Positions 28,540 to 40,683 of a DNA stretch of 64,000 nt are shown piece after piece. Below the pieces are notes generated by a model. It worked only from the letters and a program-made list of their open reading frames with translations. It did no database searches and was not told where the DNA came from. The stretch's first letter is position 1; each line of letters starts with the position of its first letter. The translations under genes and the position numbers were made by a program. This DNA comes from Trichoplax sp. H2 (taxonomy: Eukaryota). The stretch covers positions 310,001-374,000 of the forward strand of contig NOWV01000019.1 in the NCBI GenBank assembly GCA_003344405.1. The letters run 5' to 3'.

Positions 28540-29592
28540 TTCTCATAAGGAAAGCCTTTCTAGCTTTAGTGTTCTACTGTAGAGCAGTCTACAACATGGA
28601 TTACCTTATTCTAACGAGTAGTACTTGCATATTGTGAAGAGAGGTTTGCTAGCTTGATCGTCCTACTGTAGTCTCTTCCAATAGGGGAAAGCTCTCTCTA
28701 GCTTTAGCCTTGTACAGGTTGAAGACAGGTTTGAGAACGTGACCGTTCTCCTGAAGTCTCTTGTAGCTTAAACGTTCTTCTATAGAGCAGTCTACAACAT
28801 AGATTGCCACATTCTAGCGAGTAGTACTTGCACATTGTGAAGAGAAGAGTGATAATTTGATCATTTTACTGTTCTCGAGTGCTTTGTAAACAGTGATTCG
28901 ATCAGCGGATGCTTTACAATAAAAGCGATGACGAGTATTGCCAAATGATCGCCATGACCACTTGCACTTTGAAGTAATTCATTCAGNNNNNNNNNNNNNN
29001 NNNNNNGTTCTACTGTAGAGCAGTCTACAACATGGATTACCTTATTCTAACGAGTAGTACTTGCACATTGTGAAGAGAGGTTTGCTAGCTTGATCGTCCT
29101 ACTGTAGTCTCTTCCAATAGGGGAAAGCTCTCTCTAGCTTTAGCCTTGTACAGGTTGAAGAGAGGTTTGCTAGCTTGATCGTCCTACTGTAGTCTCTTCT
29201 AATAGGGAAAAGCTCTCTCTAGCTTTAGCCTTGTACAGGTTAAAGAGAGGTTTGCTAGCTTGATCTTCCTAGTGTAGTCTCTTCTAATAGGGGAAAGCTC
29301 TCTCTAGCTTTAGCCTTGTACAGGTTGAAGATAGGTTTGAGAACGTGACCGTTCTCCTGAAGTCTCTTGTAGCTTAAACGTTCTTCTATAGAGCAGTCTA
29401 CAACATAGATTGCCACATTCTAGCGAGTAGTACTTGCACATTGTGAAGAGAAGAGTGATAATTTGATCATTTTACTGTTCTCGAGTGCTTTGTAAACAGT
29501 GATTCGATCAGCGGATGCTTTACAATAAAAGCGATGACGAGTATTGCCAAATGATCGCCATGACCACTTGCACTTTGAAGTAATTCATTCAG
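28540..29592. repeat. 85-bp VNTR inside a block duplicated across the assembly gap
   Basis: 28571-28986 is repeated at 29007-29592, where the unit gaagagaggtttgctagcttgatc...cttgtacaggtt has two extra copies (starts ~29072, 29157, 29242). Confidence 0.85.
28987..29006. other. Assembly gap (20 N)
   Basis: Run of n characters. Confidence 0.99.
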
Positions 29593-30899
29593 ACGAGAGT
29601 GTCAGGTCTAGGCGAGAGTCACGAGATTCGTTAGGTTTTATCGTTCTACAACAGCCTTGAATATGACAGATTCGATAAGTTATCATCCATGGATAAACTC
29701 CTTCTAGAGTGATTAGCTCGACCTGTACTTTGCAAAGTCTACTAGACGAGCACTCCTTCTACCTATCATTACTGAAGTCAGGCGAGATAGATTGATTATG
29801 CAATTGAGGCCTATTTTACGAACATGACCTCATGACTGCAAGAACTGATCAAAATATTGTCTACAGTATCGCTATTTTTCTACACCATTCAACAACGATC
29901 CCATCCATGTTACAAATAAATCAAACAGTAGATGACAGAGCTTGCAATAACAAACTCAACTTCCTTGATAGTGCATAAAGATCAAGTAAAATCCAACACC
30001 ATCCCATCACTATTACTGTACTTCAATCATGAGGCCACTGAGTGAAAAGAGCGGATTCAATAAACTGCTATTGATCCTTCATGTTAGTCATAACATGAAG
30101 GAAGAGAATTAAAAAAAAAAGAGAGAAAATGCTTGATACGATACCTTTTCTGATGATGGAAGATGTGGCAATTTTCTACACTGGTCTACGCTAATCAAGG
30201 TTGTATTCCGTGGATGGCCAACAATCAGATCAAGTATGAAAAGAATTGAGGATCAATGTGTCTTGTTGTCTCCTTCAGCTTGTCGATAACCTAATGGTAA
30301 AGCGAACAAGTCCAGGGGGCAATTTATACACCTGCATTCGAGTGGAATGATTGCACAATTCTGCTTCTCACTGTGTCGACTCTATACTAAATAGTTTGCA
30401 CTCCACTTCCGTTTGGGTGTCTGCAATCCATGGATGGATACCTTGACGAGGGTTATGGAGTCAATTGAGCAATCATTGGGCTGTAGTAGACTGTATATTA
30501 ATGATGAATTCTACTATTGCCAGCAGTTGATTTTGACAGTTGAAAGACAGCAATGGAAAAGACACATTAGCAGGCAGCAGGAGGGCTTGTATAGTGCAGA
30601 GGTTAAAGTAGGCAAATTCGCATTTTGCTGGACAGTGGACAACCCCTTTTAAATCAATATTCTCTATTGATCCTCTCGTCCTCTCTATTGTTATTCTTGC
30701 TTGACATAGCCAACAGAATTAGACGAATAGTGAGGGTTGGGCTAAAAGCTCCCCAATTCTCTTGCAATCAATATTGATGTTGATGTCCGGATGATGTAAT
30801 TGAATTAGTAAGGCCATTGCAAGCTGAAGATAAACAAGCCACGACAAGGGAAGAGGGTAGTAGTCATGCAATATAGAAAGATTGATCCAATCCAATCAT

Positions 30900-31680
30900 C
30901 ATGCAGTAAAAGACTGCAATACCAGTCGATTTCTGCAAAAGATTGAGAATGCAACAGTCACGTAATAAAAAAAAAGACTAAAACTCTGCCAGTTTCTGCA
31001 AAAGATTAGTAAAATAAGCGAAGGACTGTACTAAGCAATCACGCCATGCAGAGACTGAAATAGATTCCTTCGTAATAATCTGAAAGACTAGAATAGATTT
31101 TTTCAAAAGATTTTGGAAAGAAAAACAAATGACTTGTGGGAATACTATAGCATACAATTCTACCCCCAAACAATCATGCAATGGAAAGACTAAAAATATA
31201 GTTGCAAAAGAAGGGAAATGACTGCTGTAAATACTAAATACTATCCATGTACAGTAATTCTACTTTGTCCCCAATAGTCATGTCATGAAAAGATTAAAAT
31301 TGCATTTCGAAAAGAAAAAAACGACTGCTATGAATACTATCCACGTTCTTCTATTCCTCCATGCAAAGCAAAGACGAAAACACGTCCATACCTCAAAAAG
31401 ACTTGGAAAGGAAGAGAAGGACTGCAGTGATTACTGTCCATATATGCCATCTCGATTGTCATACTTTGGAAAAAGACCATAATGAAATTATTGAAAATAA
31501 TTTAGAAAAAGTAGGGACTGACTGCTGTGAGTACGGTCAATGGACTATTCCATCCCCTACTATCATGCTATGAAAAGACGAAAATGGATTTCTCAACAGG
31601 ATCTACAGTATGCCAAGAAGATGAATCAATAAAAAGTAAAGCAACAATGACAGTCAATTACTATCCCATACAATCACCAT
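30900..31680. repeat. Degenerate A-rich array of ~100-bp units
   Basis: gaaaagac(t/g)a.aat...gactgc(t)g..aatactatcc recurs at ~30972, 31082, 31185, 31288, 31370, 31470 and 31573. Confidence 0.6.
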
Positions 31681-32879
31681 GTTTTGATCAATAATAATAA
31701 ATCAATATGTTGTCATTCAAATGATGACTTATGCTACTTGTCATGGCCACGATTTCAGCAGGGCTGCCAGCCATCGTGTCAATCTGTATCCAATCATCTG
31801 GCTTGAATAGAAAAGGATTCTTTTGAAACGTAAATCGAATGCATGGCGATGAAATCAACATTGGGCTCGCATCACATCTGGTAGCAAAAGGGACTGCCAT
31901 CTTGACTATCATGGTGTGATGGCTAATTGTTATCGTGCAAATCCATCCCCTTGTCAAATGATGATCCATTACTCAATGATACATCCAATCATTATAATTG
32001 CATGCTTGTTGTGGAATAACTATCCAACAAAGATGCTTAACTTGGTCTACGTGATATTCAGATAATCCTACAATCGAAGCATGAATGCAGATCATTAAAT
32101 CAACATAATGTTGCATCTTTGACCATGGCATTGCTTGCATGATCGATCGTCGACTACAGCGATTCATCAATCAATGTGTTAATAACAGTCATCATTCTCC
32201 TGCATATTTTTTATTATTATTTTAATTTTTAATGGGATAATCTCAGCTAGCTTGTGTAGTCATCGAGATTGTTATACAAGTCCTAGACAAACCCTTTTTC
32301 GTAACACTATCCTATGGTAAATGTGTCATCGATCAATAGAGTCATTCCTATTCTGTTAAAATCTGGTAAAGATGAGATAGAAGAATAGAAAATCTTTTAT
32401 GCTTTATGTCATGATTGCTGCAATCATGCATTAATTCATCAATGTCATCCATTCTATGATTGACAATAATCCTCATCGCCGGCTGAATCCTAAGCTCAAG
32501 ATGTGCCTAGCACCAATTCTATCCTTGATTGCTTGCATGTCTGGCGGATGGGAGAGTGGAAACGTTTTGACAAGATGAATGAGAAAGCGGAACAACACCA
32601 AATGACAAAACTTCAGCCATCAGCATCTTCTGTTACTCCTCCATCATTCAGCATCGTCATGACCACATCCTCTCCTATTGATATCCCTATCCAAAAGCTC
32701 GTTCTCGGCCCTCTTGACAATCTACTTTTAATAGTAGGATAAGTAGAAATGAGGTCAATTACATATCAAGAAGGCTACAAAGATAGCAATCTCAATCGAT
32801 GCTGCTCAACGCATTGGGCAGCATTGCAACATTGCTACAGGCAGTAATAGACTAATTGAAATCGTCCGAGACAAAGGGC

Positions 32880-33160
32880 ATTGGGGCGTGGAAAATTGGG
32901 CGGACACCACAAGAAAATCAATAATGAGTATTACTGAATAGGCTAACGGGGTGCCACACTGCCGGCGTTGTGGGCAGGCGAGTGTAGATTTTTCTGGAAA
33001 TTGTCTTCTTTGGAGAAGGGTACAAGAGGAAGCAGGTATTTTACTTACTTTTGTAGGGAGGAAATGGACTAGAAGAGGGGATTCAATTAGCCAACGTAAA
33101 ATTAGATAAGGTTAGATAAGGACATCAGGCAAGGTTAGATAAGGACATTAGATAAGCTTC
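32880..33160. promoter_or_regulatory. Candidate promoter/enhancer with GC boxes and a GATA cluster
   Basis: GGGGCGTGG at 32883, GGGCGGA at 32898, AGATAAG at 33104, 33114, 33137 and 33150, in a locally GC-rich patch. Confidence 0.4.
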
Positions 33161-33184
33161 GATTAGAAGAATGCATAGATTGCT

Positions 33185-35075
33185 GCGATGAGATAGAATT
33201 GCGAAGAATGGGCTAGCATAATGGGGTGTTCAATGATGCATGTGAATGATCTTTCAGTTTACTTAGGCGTTGATCTTGGCATGTATCGTAAATATGGATC
33301 ATGGCAAACTTGAATGGGTAAAATTTCAGTATACTGTAGATGAGATGGAATTGCAAAGAATGGGCTAGCATAATGGGGTGTTAAATGATGATATGTGAAT
33401 GATCTTTCAGTTTACTTAGGCGTTGATCTTGGCCTATATCATAAATATGGATCATAGCAAACTTGAATGGGTAAAATTCAGGATAGGCTATCCAACAGTA
33501 TCAAGAAATAATTCATGACGATGACCCTCAATACGTGTTATAATGATGAATAATTAATTAATGGATCTGAATTCTTTCAGTTTACTTAGGAGTTGATACC
33601 TAATAAATTTTTAACATCACGGAATCATGACAGTAATATTGCTGTTATTACGAATGCGTTTGCATTCTTTCCGTTAACTTACGCATTGCTCCCGCATCGA
33701 TTTTCAACATCAAGGAATCATGACGGCGATTCTTAATATCTTAATAATATTTATCTGAATTCTTGTAGTTTACTTAGGCATTGCTGCCTAATAGATTTCA
33801 ACATCAGGAATCATAAAGGTGACTTATTAAAGTAGTAATTAGTCTACTTAGCAAATAAGTACGCAAAATTATCATAAGCCGGGGTTCCACTGGTTACAAT
33901 TATTTAATAATGCATCTAAATTCGTTCAGTTTACTTAGGCACTTGACCCTTGCAGACTTTCAACATTTAGGGATAATGATGGCGATCCTTAATACGTGTT
34001 AAAATAGAATTCTAACACGTATTAATGGTCCGTCTAAATTCTTTTTTCAATTGACTTAGGCATTAACGAAGCAGATTTAGATCCTGCATTAATATTGACA
34101 TCAATCATGCCAGGTTAATAATCAAGGAATAATTACGGGGATCCTTAATGATGTATTTGAATTCTTTTCAATTGACTTAGGCACTGAATTAAAGCATATT
34201 TGGATCCATAGTTAATATTGATGCCAGTCATACTAGATTGTGAGTGCCAGGATATACCAGTGGCCTGATATAGTGCATTATAACTATATTAACCATAATT
34301 ATGCATCTAGATTCTTTTTTTCAATTTATTTAGGAGTTAATTTGACGCCAATTTGCATTTATAATTAATATCAATCATACCGGGCTGTAATATATAAAGT
34401 TCCAGGATATGTCTGTCATTCAACAGTATCAAGAAATAATTATGGCACTCCTTAATGATGCATCTGGACTACGTATTAATTTACTTGAAAGTTGTTCTCA
34501 AGAACATTTAAATACATGATTAGTATTAAGAAAAATTATCGCATCAGATTTAAATCCACAGTATACTCGTGAAGTCCTAGGATATGCCGTCCAACAGCAG
34601 GAGGGAAGATGTCATTGCATCGTTAATGATGCTGACGAATCATATTTTCAATTTTCTTAGGTGCAATCTTTAACAAATCTGTATCTTTAGGTCATGAATA
34701 TGAATTAAATTATAATAATCATAACAGACTGTAATCTATTAAAATTTCAAGGAGAATATTTGACAGCACGAAGGAGCAATGGAATGTTTGTAATGCAATT
34801 AGGCCTTGTTTCAATTTACATCAGTATCAATCTTAGGCACATTTGGATCTTAATTACGAAAAGTGAGTTACTGCAATTGAACGATCATAGTGGACACTGA
34901 TCGATAGAGCTCCAGAAATTCGAGAACTATAATCAATAGGATAGAATGAAATCACTTATTTTATACGAGTATGTTTCGGTGAAATAACCTCGCTAGTGTT
35001 GTAATTAGTGAAATACTACTAGGTGTGTTAGAATCTAGTGACTCTAAACGATATCAAGTTATTTACTTAGGAATA
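33185..35075. repeat. Long degenerate array (~120-190-bp spacing) with a conserved TTTACTTAGG core
   Basis: ttca(g/a)tt(t/g)acttagg at ~33258, 33411, 33581, 33769, 33930, 34051 and 34172; variants at 34325, 34652 and 35062. The first two units (33190-33480) are near-identical. Confidence 0.8.
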
Positions 35076-36499
35076 AATTAATAGAAAGGACTATTATCAT
35101 GAATTACAATCAATGAGAAAATTAACAGTTTAATGATAGATCGTATTATAAATTATATTAGTTGATTAGCATACTTTCTCCCTCCTCCCTTTTCAAGAAT
35201 AAATTATGAAATCATTTCACGTAATCAGCATTGATCACAACTGACGTTATGAAAATTGGAAATCTTGACCACCTACGCAGTCATTATTAAGTGTGAGCAT
35301 TAATGGAGACACTTGGCGAATTTATGTACTCAAGTCACGTAATTTTTTCAGTCCTTTCTTTCAACGGTTGGCCAAGTCTGCATTGTATACGTGCCACATA
35401 GAAAAGTGAATATTGCATGTGCTTAAATAATAAATTTTGCTATGATTGTTTGTCATATCGTATCCATAAACTAATAAAATCTACGCCTTACATGGCTATT
35501 AAACTATGTTTACCGTACTATCGTTGATTGCATTTGAACTAATCAAGCAAATTATAACAAGTAATTTGTAGTTGATTTCAATTACTCCGATTCCCACACT
35601 GATCGATAGACGAATAATCGCTGGAAATAAGAGAAATAAGTTCGGGCGTTGCTGATAGAATATAATCAAGTACTTTTATTGCACTTTTGGATATTATACT
35701 GTAATGCTAGTGGATCATTCCGTGCATGTAATAAGAGTACATTTCTGATACCGTCACTGTCTATTAATGAGTTAGAGTAGTTACGAAGAAATAAATAATG
35801 AGATAGATAAATATTTCCATTCAAAAGTAATTCATATAGCAAACCATAAACACAAGGTAATAGTAATTGTACTACTGAACCAAAGAACTAAGTTAATGAT
35901 ATTTCAAATTGGCATGATTTGATAACAAGTTAATTCTACAACATGCAGAGCCAACAGTACTCACGTAAGTAGTAAGTTTAAACTAACAACGACTAATAAT
36001 TTGTAATCTAACCGATAGAATTTAGTATAATAACGGAAATATAAATAAAAATTCACTAGACCACTACAATACAAACAGTGAGCAATAAATTACATACAAA
36101 GAGAAAGATTAAGGTTAACGTCATGTAACTTAAAGAGCAACACTTAAATTTCACTCACAGCCTTTATCAGTTTCGATTAAGACCATGAAAAGCATAACAA
36201 TTTAATATACGAATAGGGTGAGAATAAGATCATTGTAATAGATTATTCTGAGGAAATTAAAAATGACCCAATAGATCTATTAATAACCAACATAATACAA
36301 ATCAAATACTCTTCCATCGCTAGATCACAGTTGGTAAATTGCTTGATGCAGAGTCGATCTATACTGCAACGCCGATAATATCCCTCTCTGGTGTCGTACG
36401 AATTTTAGATATAAATGTAGCAAACGGATAATCGTACGTTACCTATGTAGGATCATTTCTACTAATGCAACCAAAGCTATTTCAATCACTGCATGAGAT

Positions 36500-39400
36500 T
36501 TAGACGCCACCTCCACTTCTGCTTATTGGAACAGCAAAACCACTCTTCTGCCTCTGCATTTTTACAATCATTCCCAGACGACTTTCAGATACAAGGCCAG
36601 CCTCCAGAGAGCTCATTAACTAATGAAATGCAATTCAAGATAAAAAAATTAAGGCGACAATTACCCTTGAGATAGCTAAAGTACTTTAAGACGCAATATA
36701 GGTTACGAATGACGAATCAAGTGGGTTGTCCATGTCTGTTCATTAAATTTCATAAAGTTAGCTAGAATATATTACCTTTAAGAATTCGTCTAGTTCAATC
36801 ATGCTGTTATTGTCGACATCTACTTCTGATATTAAATCTCGTACTTCACTTTCGCCGACGTCTTTACCTAATTTCTCTAACAGTTTACGCAAATCTCGCG
36901 GACTGATATGGCCATCACCATCACGATCAAAGTCCTTAAATACTCTTTTGTACGCTTCAACATCTACATTGTCCAGTGAAATATTTGATCCAATTAAATC
37001 ACGCTTTAATCGGTAACCCATAGTTTTTAAGAAAGCATGAGCTTTTTCCTCTTCTTCCTGTTACCATAAATAAAATGAGTTAAGTATGTCAGCAACACAC
37101 AATCTACTATTCAATCTTATACTCGTATACTATTAACCAGACATGTGATTTACGTTTCTCTAAAAGATTAATAAAAACATACCTTTTGCTTTTTACGGCT
37201 CCAATTTAATTCTTTACTCATTAATTCAGAAATTCTCGGTAAAGCTGCATCGGTTGCTCGAGCATTTAGAAATGCCAAGCTAGTCCTTCTAGCAATAAAA
37301 TCAACTATACTGCAGCAGTATTCGTCACGAATGGCATGCTTGATTTCAGCTTCGATGTAAGGAAATCCTTCTACTAAACGTATTCCTGTTATTGGATATC
37401 TTTTGCCAGTAAGATTAATGTGTTTAGCTACCTCAGGTGCCCGATCGCCGTACGTGTCAGCGAGATGACTTCCAACCTACGAATTAAATAGACCGGTAGT
37501 AAATTTGGTAAGTTCTTAATAGCTACACGCTATGCAACAGCGAATAAAGTACTTTGATGAATTGAAAGTTTCATTTTTAGCAAACCTCAGGATCTAAACC
37601 GTAATCTTGGACTAGACGAATTGATAGTGTCTTTGTGTAGTTCTCTCCACCTTCCAACATGATATTTTCAGTAATGCAATCATTTTTAGCGCTAAGACCA
37701 CATACAGTTATGGCCTTGTCTACAGTATCTTTTGCCATTGCCCTATAGGTAGTCCATTTGCCTCCAGCAATACTAATTAAATTGCTATCGCTAACTTCAA
37801 TAACGTGACTCCGCGAAAGTTCCGAGGTGTTCTTGGCTTGTGGGTTTTGGACAAGTGGACGAATTCCAGCCCATGCTGCCAGGACATCACCTCGTCTTAC
37901 TGTATCACAAGTATTACGGAAAATATCATTTCTATTGCTAAGTGATATGTTAACTCTGCTATGCAGTACTATAACTGAAATTAAACTTTGCAATCTTTAA
38001 TTACTGCTCTCGATAGTATGAAATACAACAGAAATAGTAAAATATACTCACCGTTAACATCAGGGCTTAGGTAAGTAGAGATTTCGTTGAGAATAAATTG
38101 AATGTCTTCTTCAACAGCAGCCGGATTGGATGTGACTTTACATTCTCTATCAGTTGTTCCAGCAATGGTAAAGCCTATCATAAAATTGATTGCAATAATG
38201 ATAAATGTTTATACATCATATCTTAATTGACAGCAAAGGAAAAAAACAAAAAATTTGTTTAGCATAATGTTTTACCTTCCCAAGGTAAGAAAAATATAAC
38301 CCTTCCGTCACTAGTTTCAGGGTCTAAAAGTCCCATATCTTTAGGGCTATCAAATTAAATAAGACATTTCATTAACATTAAGAGAGTGAAATCATTCTAT
38401 CAATCTTTATATTTACTTATAAATAATATACAACATTGTATAACTAAGGTTATAACTTGGACTTTTAAGGAAGATAGTCCATGAGTACAGTTTAACTAAA
38501 AATTGTACAAAATCAGTCTTTATGTTACAATTAATAAACTTAAACATTTTTTTGCACCTGTAGTAGCCAGGCAATACAACATGCACTCCTAAACTAGGCA
38601 CAACAATCTTTTCTGTAGATGGATTATCCAACTGACGAATACCGTCAGTAAACGGTCCAGTTGCATTGATAACACATTTAGCCTGGACATCCCATTCATC
38701 ACCAGTTAAATTGTCCTTAACTGTTGCTCCACAAACGACTCTATTGAATGAAATTAAAAGTGCACGAGTTTGTAACTAGAGATTTTTAGGAATTATTAAT
38801 ATAAGAAAATGAACTAACTCTTGATCGCCTTGCTTTTTCTTTAGTAATTTCTTAACTTCAACATGATTGGCAACAGTAGCGCCATAACGAGCTGCAGTTA
38901 ATGCTATGCATGTATTCATTCTGGCATCGTTATGCTGGCCTTTTGATAAATTCAGCAAAGATAGTTTTATTTAAAAGGGAATACATAACTACGCGAGTTG
39001 GTTTAGAGTTCAAGTTGAAAGTATTCAAAGTTATATAATATAGTATAGTAACAGGCCTACTTCAATTTATACCTATATGAAACTGTAACTTAAAATGTTA
39101 GAAAATTATATAACATACCATCATAGTATACAATGGCGCCTGCAAGATCTGAGGATTTTAACATAGGAAACTGCTTCAAAGCTTTCTGTTTGGAAAGAAA
39201 GTAGCTACTGGGCAAACGCTTTTTACCAGAAACAAAATCGTACATTTTCATTCCAGTCCAATAATACGGAATCAGATACCACCTAAAAATTAGACGCATA
39301 CACTTAAGTAATCATAGACGAGTAGGTTAGAAATCGATTGATTTGCTATTTTTATCTCCTAGCAGCAGTAGCTATAGGAAACAATAGCATTAAGACCATA

Positions 39401-40683
39401 CTTGAATACTGGTACGATAATCGGTAGCTCTCTTGTTAGATGTGGAGCCACATGAAGTAAATGCCATCTTTCGCTTAAAGCTTCACGAACGAGCTGGTAC
39501 TAATATTGTGAGAAAATGATATATATTCAAGGTATTAAAATTTTTATAACTTTTATTGAATAGCAATTTAGGTGCTTTAAAAGGAATTTCGAATTTGTTA
39601 GGGTTTCCAGACGAGTGTGAGAAATTGAGAATGACTAGTTTTATGCAAGGTTCAGGCAAAATCAATTACTTGGCAGAACAGGCGTTGGTTAACATGATGT
39701 AAGGCAAGTATAGTATAAACTCACCTGTTCTAAATCCAGGTGCAGAATTGCACTTTTTAAGTATCGAACACCACCATGGATTAGTTTAGTACTTCTACTG
39801 CTAGTTCCAGAGGCAAAATCTTCTCTTTCCACAACAGCGGTTTTTAGTCCTACGATCAAGATAGGGGTAAGAGATGGTTAGTACTTTACAGTAGACTGGT
39901 ATCTAACATTCTTTCTAGGCCGAAAGTTTTGTAGTGAAGTATAACCATTGCTATCGTAGTTTATGACAATACCATGCACCTATATAAACTAACAAACAGA
40001 CATTACGCTATGCGTTAGCTGTTACCTCTACTAGCACTATCAAGGGCAATTCCAGCGCCAGTTGCTCCACAACCAACAACTAAAACATCGAATTGATCAT
40101 CTTTCAGAGACTGCAGCTGTTCATTTCTAAAATACAAAATTGATAAAGAGTAAATAGATAGCTTGTAATTACAGCGATGTTATTTCCTGCCATAGAGCTG
40201 ACAATAACTTTGTCATGTATAATGAGTCGAGAATTTTATGATGCATTATGAGCATTTTATCACCTGAGGGGTAGAACTTTTTTGGGAGTAGGAGTTGCAG
40301 CTAGAGTCTACCAGAGAAAGATAAAAGTAGTATTTTTATAATGATGGCATGTTCAATGCTAAATATCATCTACAGAATAGCTGTCCGATCACTTCAAATA
40401 TGTAAAATTGTAAAAAATAGAAACTCCATTTGCAAGAGTTTTTTCAACTAAAGTCAGACTTTGAAGAGATAGCTCTATCAGAGTTGATTGATATTTCTAG
40501 CGTTGACATAATCCGAGCGTTACAGAAAGGAATTTTACCCTATCATTACATTCTAACTGACTATAAACGTCCGTAGACAATGTCATACGTATTTCTACTT
40601 GCCTTCATTCCTCTTGATTTCGAATAATATAAAGCTAGTCCTGTTGTAGTTGCTATTCCGGTGGCTGCCAATATACGAATCAT
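36500..40683 (-). CDS. GPD2: Mitochondrial FAD-dependent glycerol-3-phosphate dehydrogenase with C-terminal EF-hands, 14 coding exons
   Basis: [21 protein letters not shown]-terminus; [100 protein letters not shown] loops [12 protein letters not shown] and [12 protein letters not shown]; ends ISRSGGGV* (TAA 36502-36500). Confidence 0.95.

Noticed and set aside
21494-32742. About 20 short ORFs (60-128 aa) upstream of Sp
   Set aside because: No recognisable domain and no coherent exon chain; several lie in repeats. An unrecognised gene or lncRNA cannot be fully excluded.
33991-34023. 11-bp-arm inverted repeat aatacgtgtta...taacacgtatt
   Set aside because: Short, AT-rich, inside a degenerate array and with no supporting feature.
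33185-35075. CRISPR-like repeat/spacer reading of the TTTACTTAGG array
   Set aside because: The core is short and degenerate, spacing is irregular, and the linkers are homologous to each other; it is a decayed tandem repeat.
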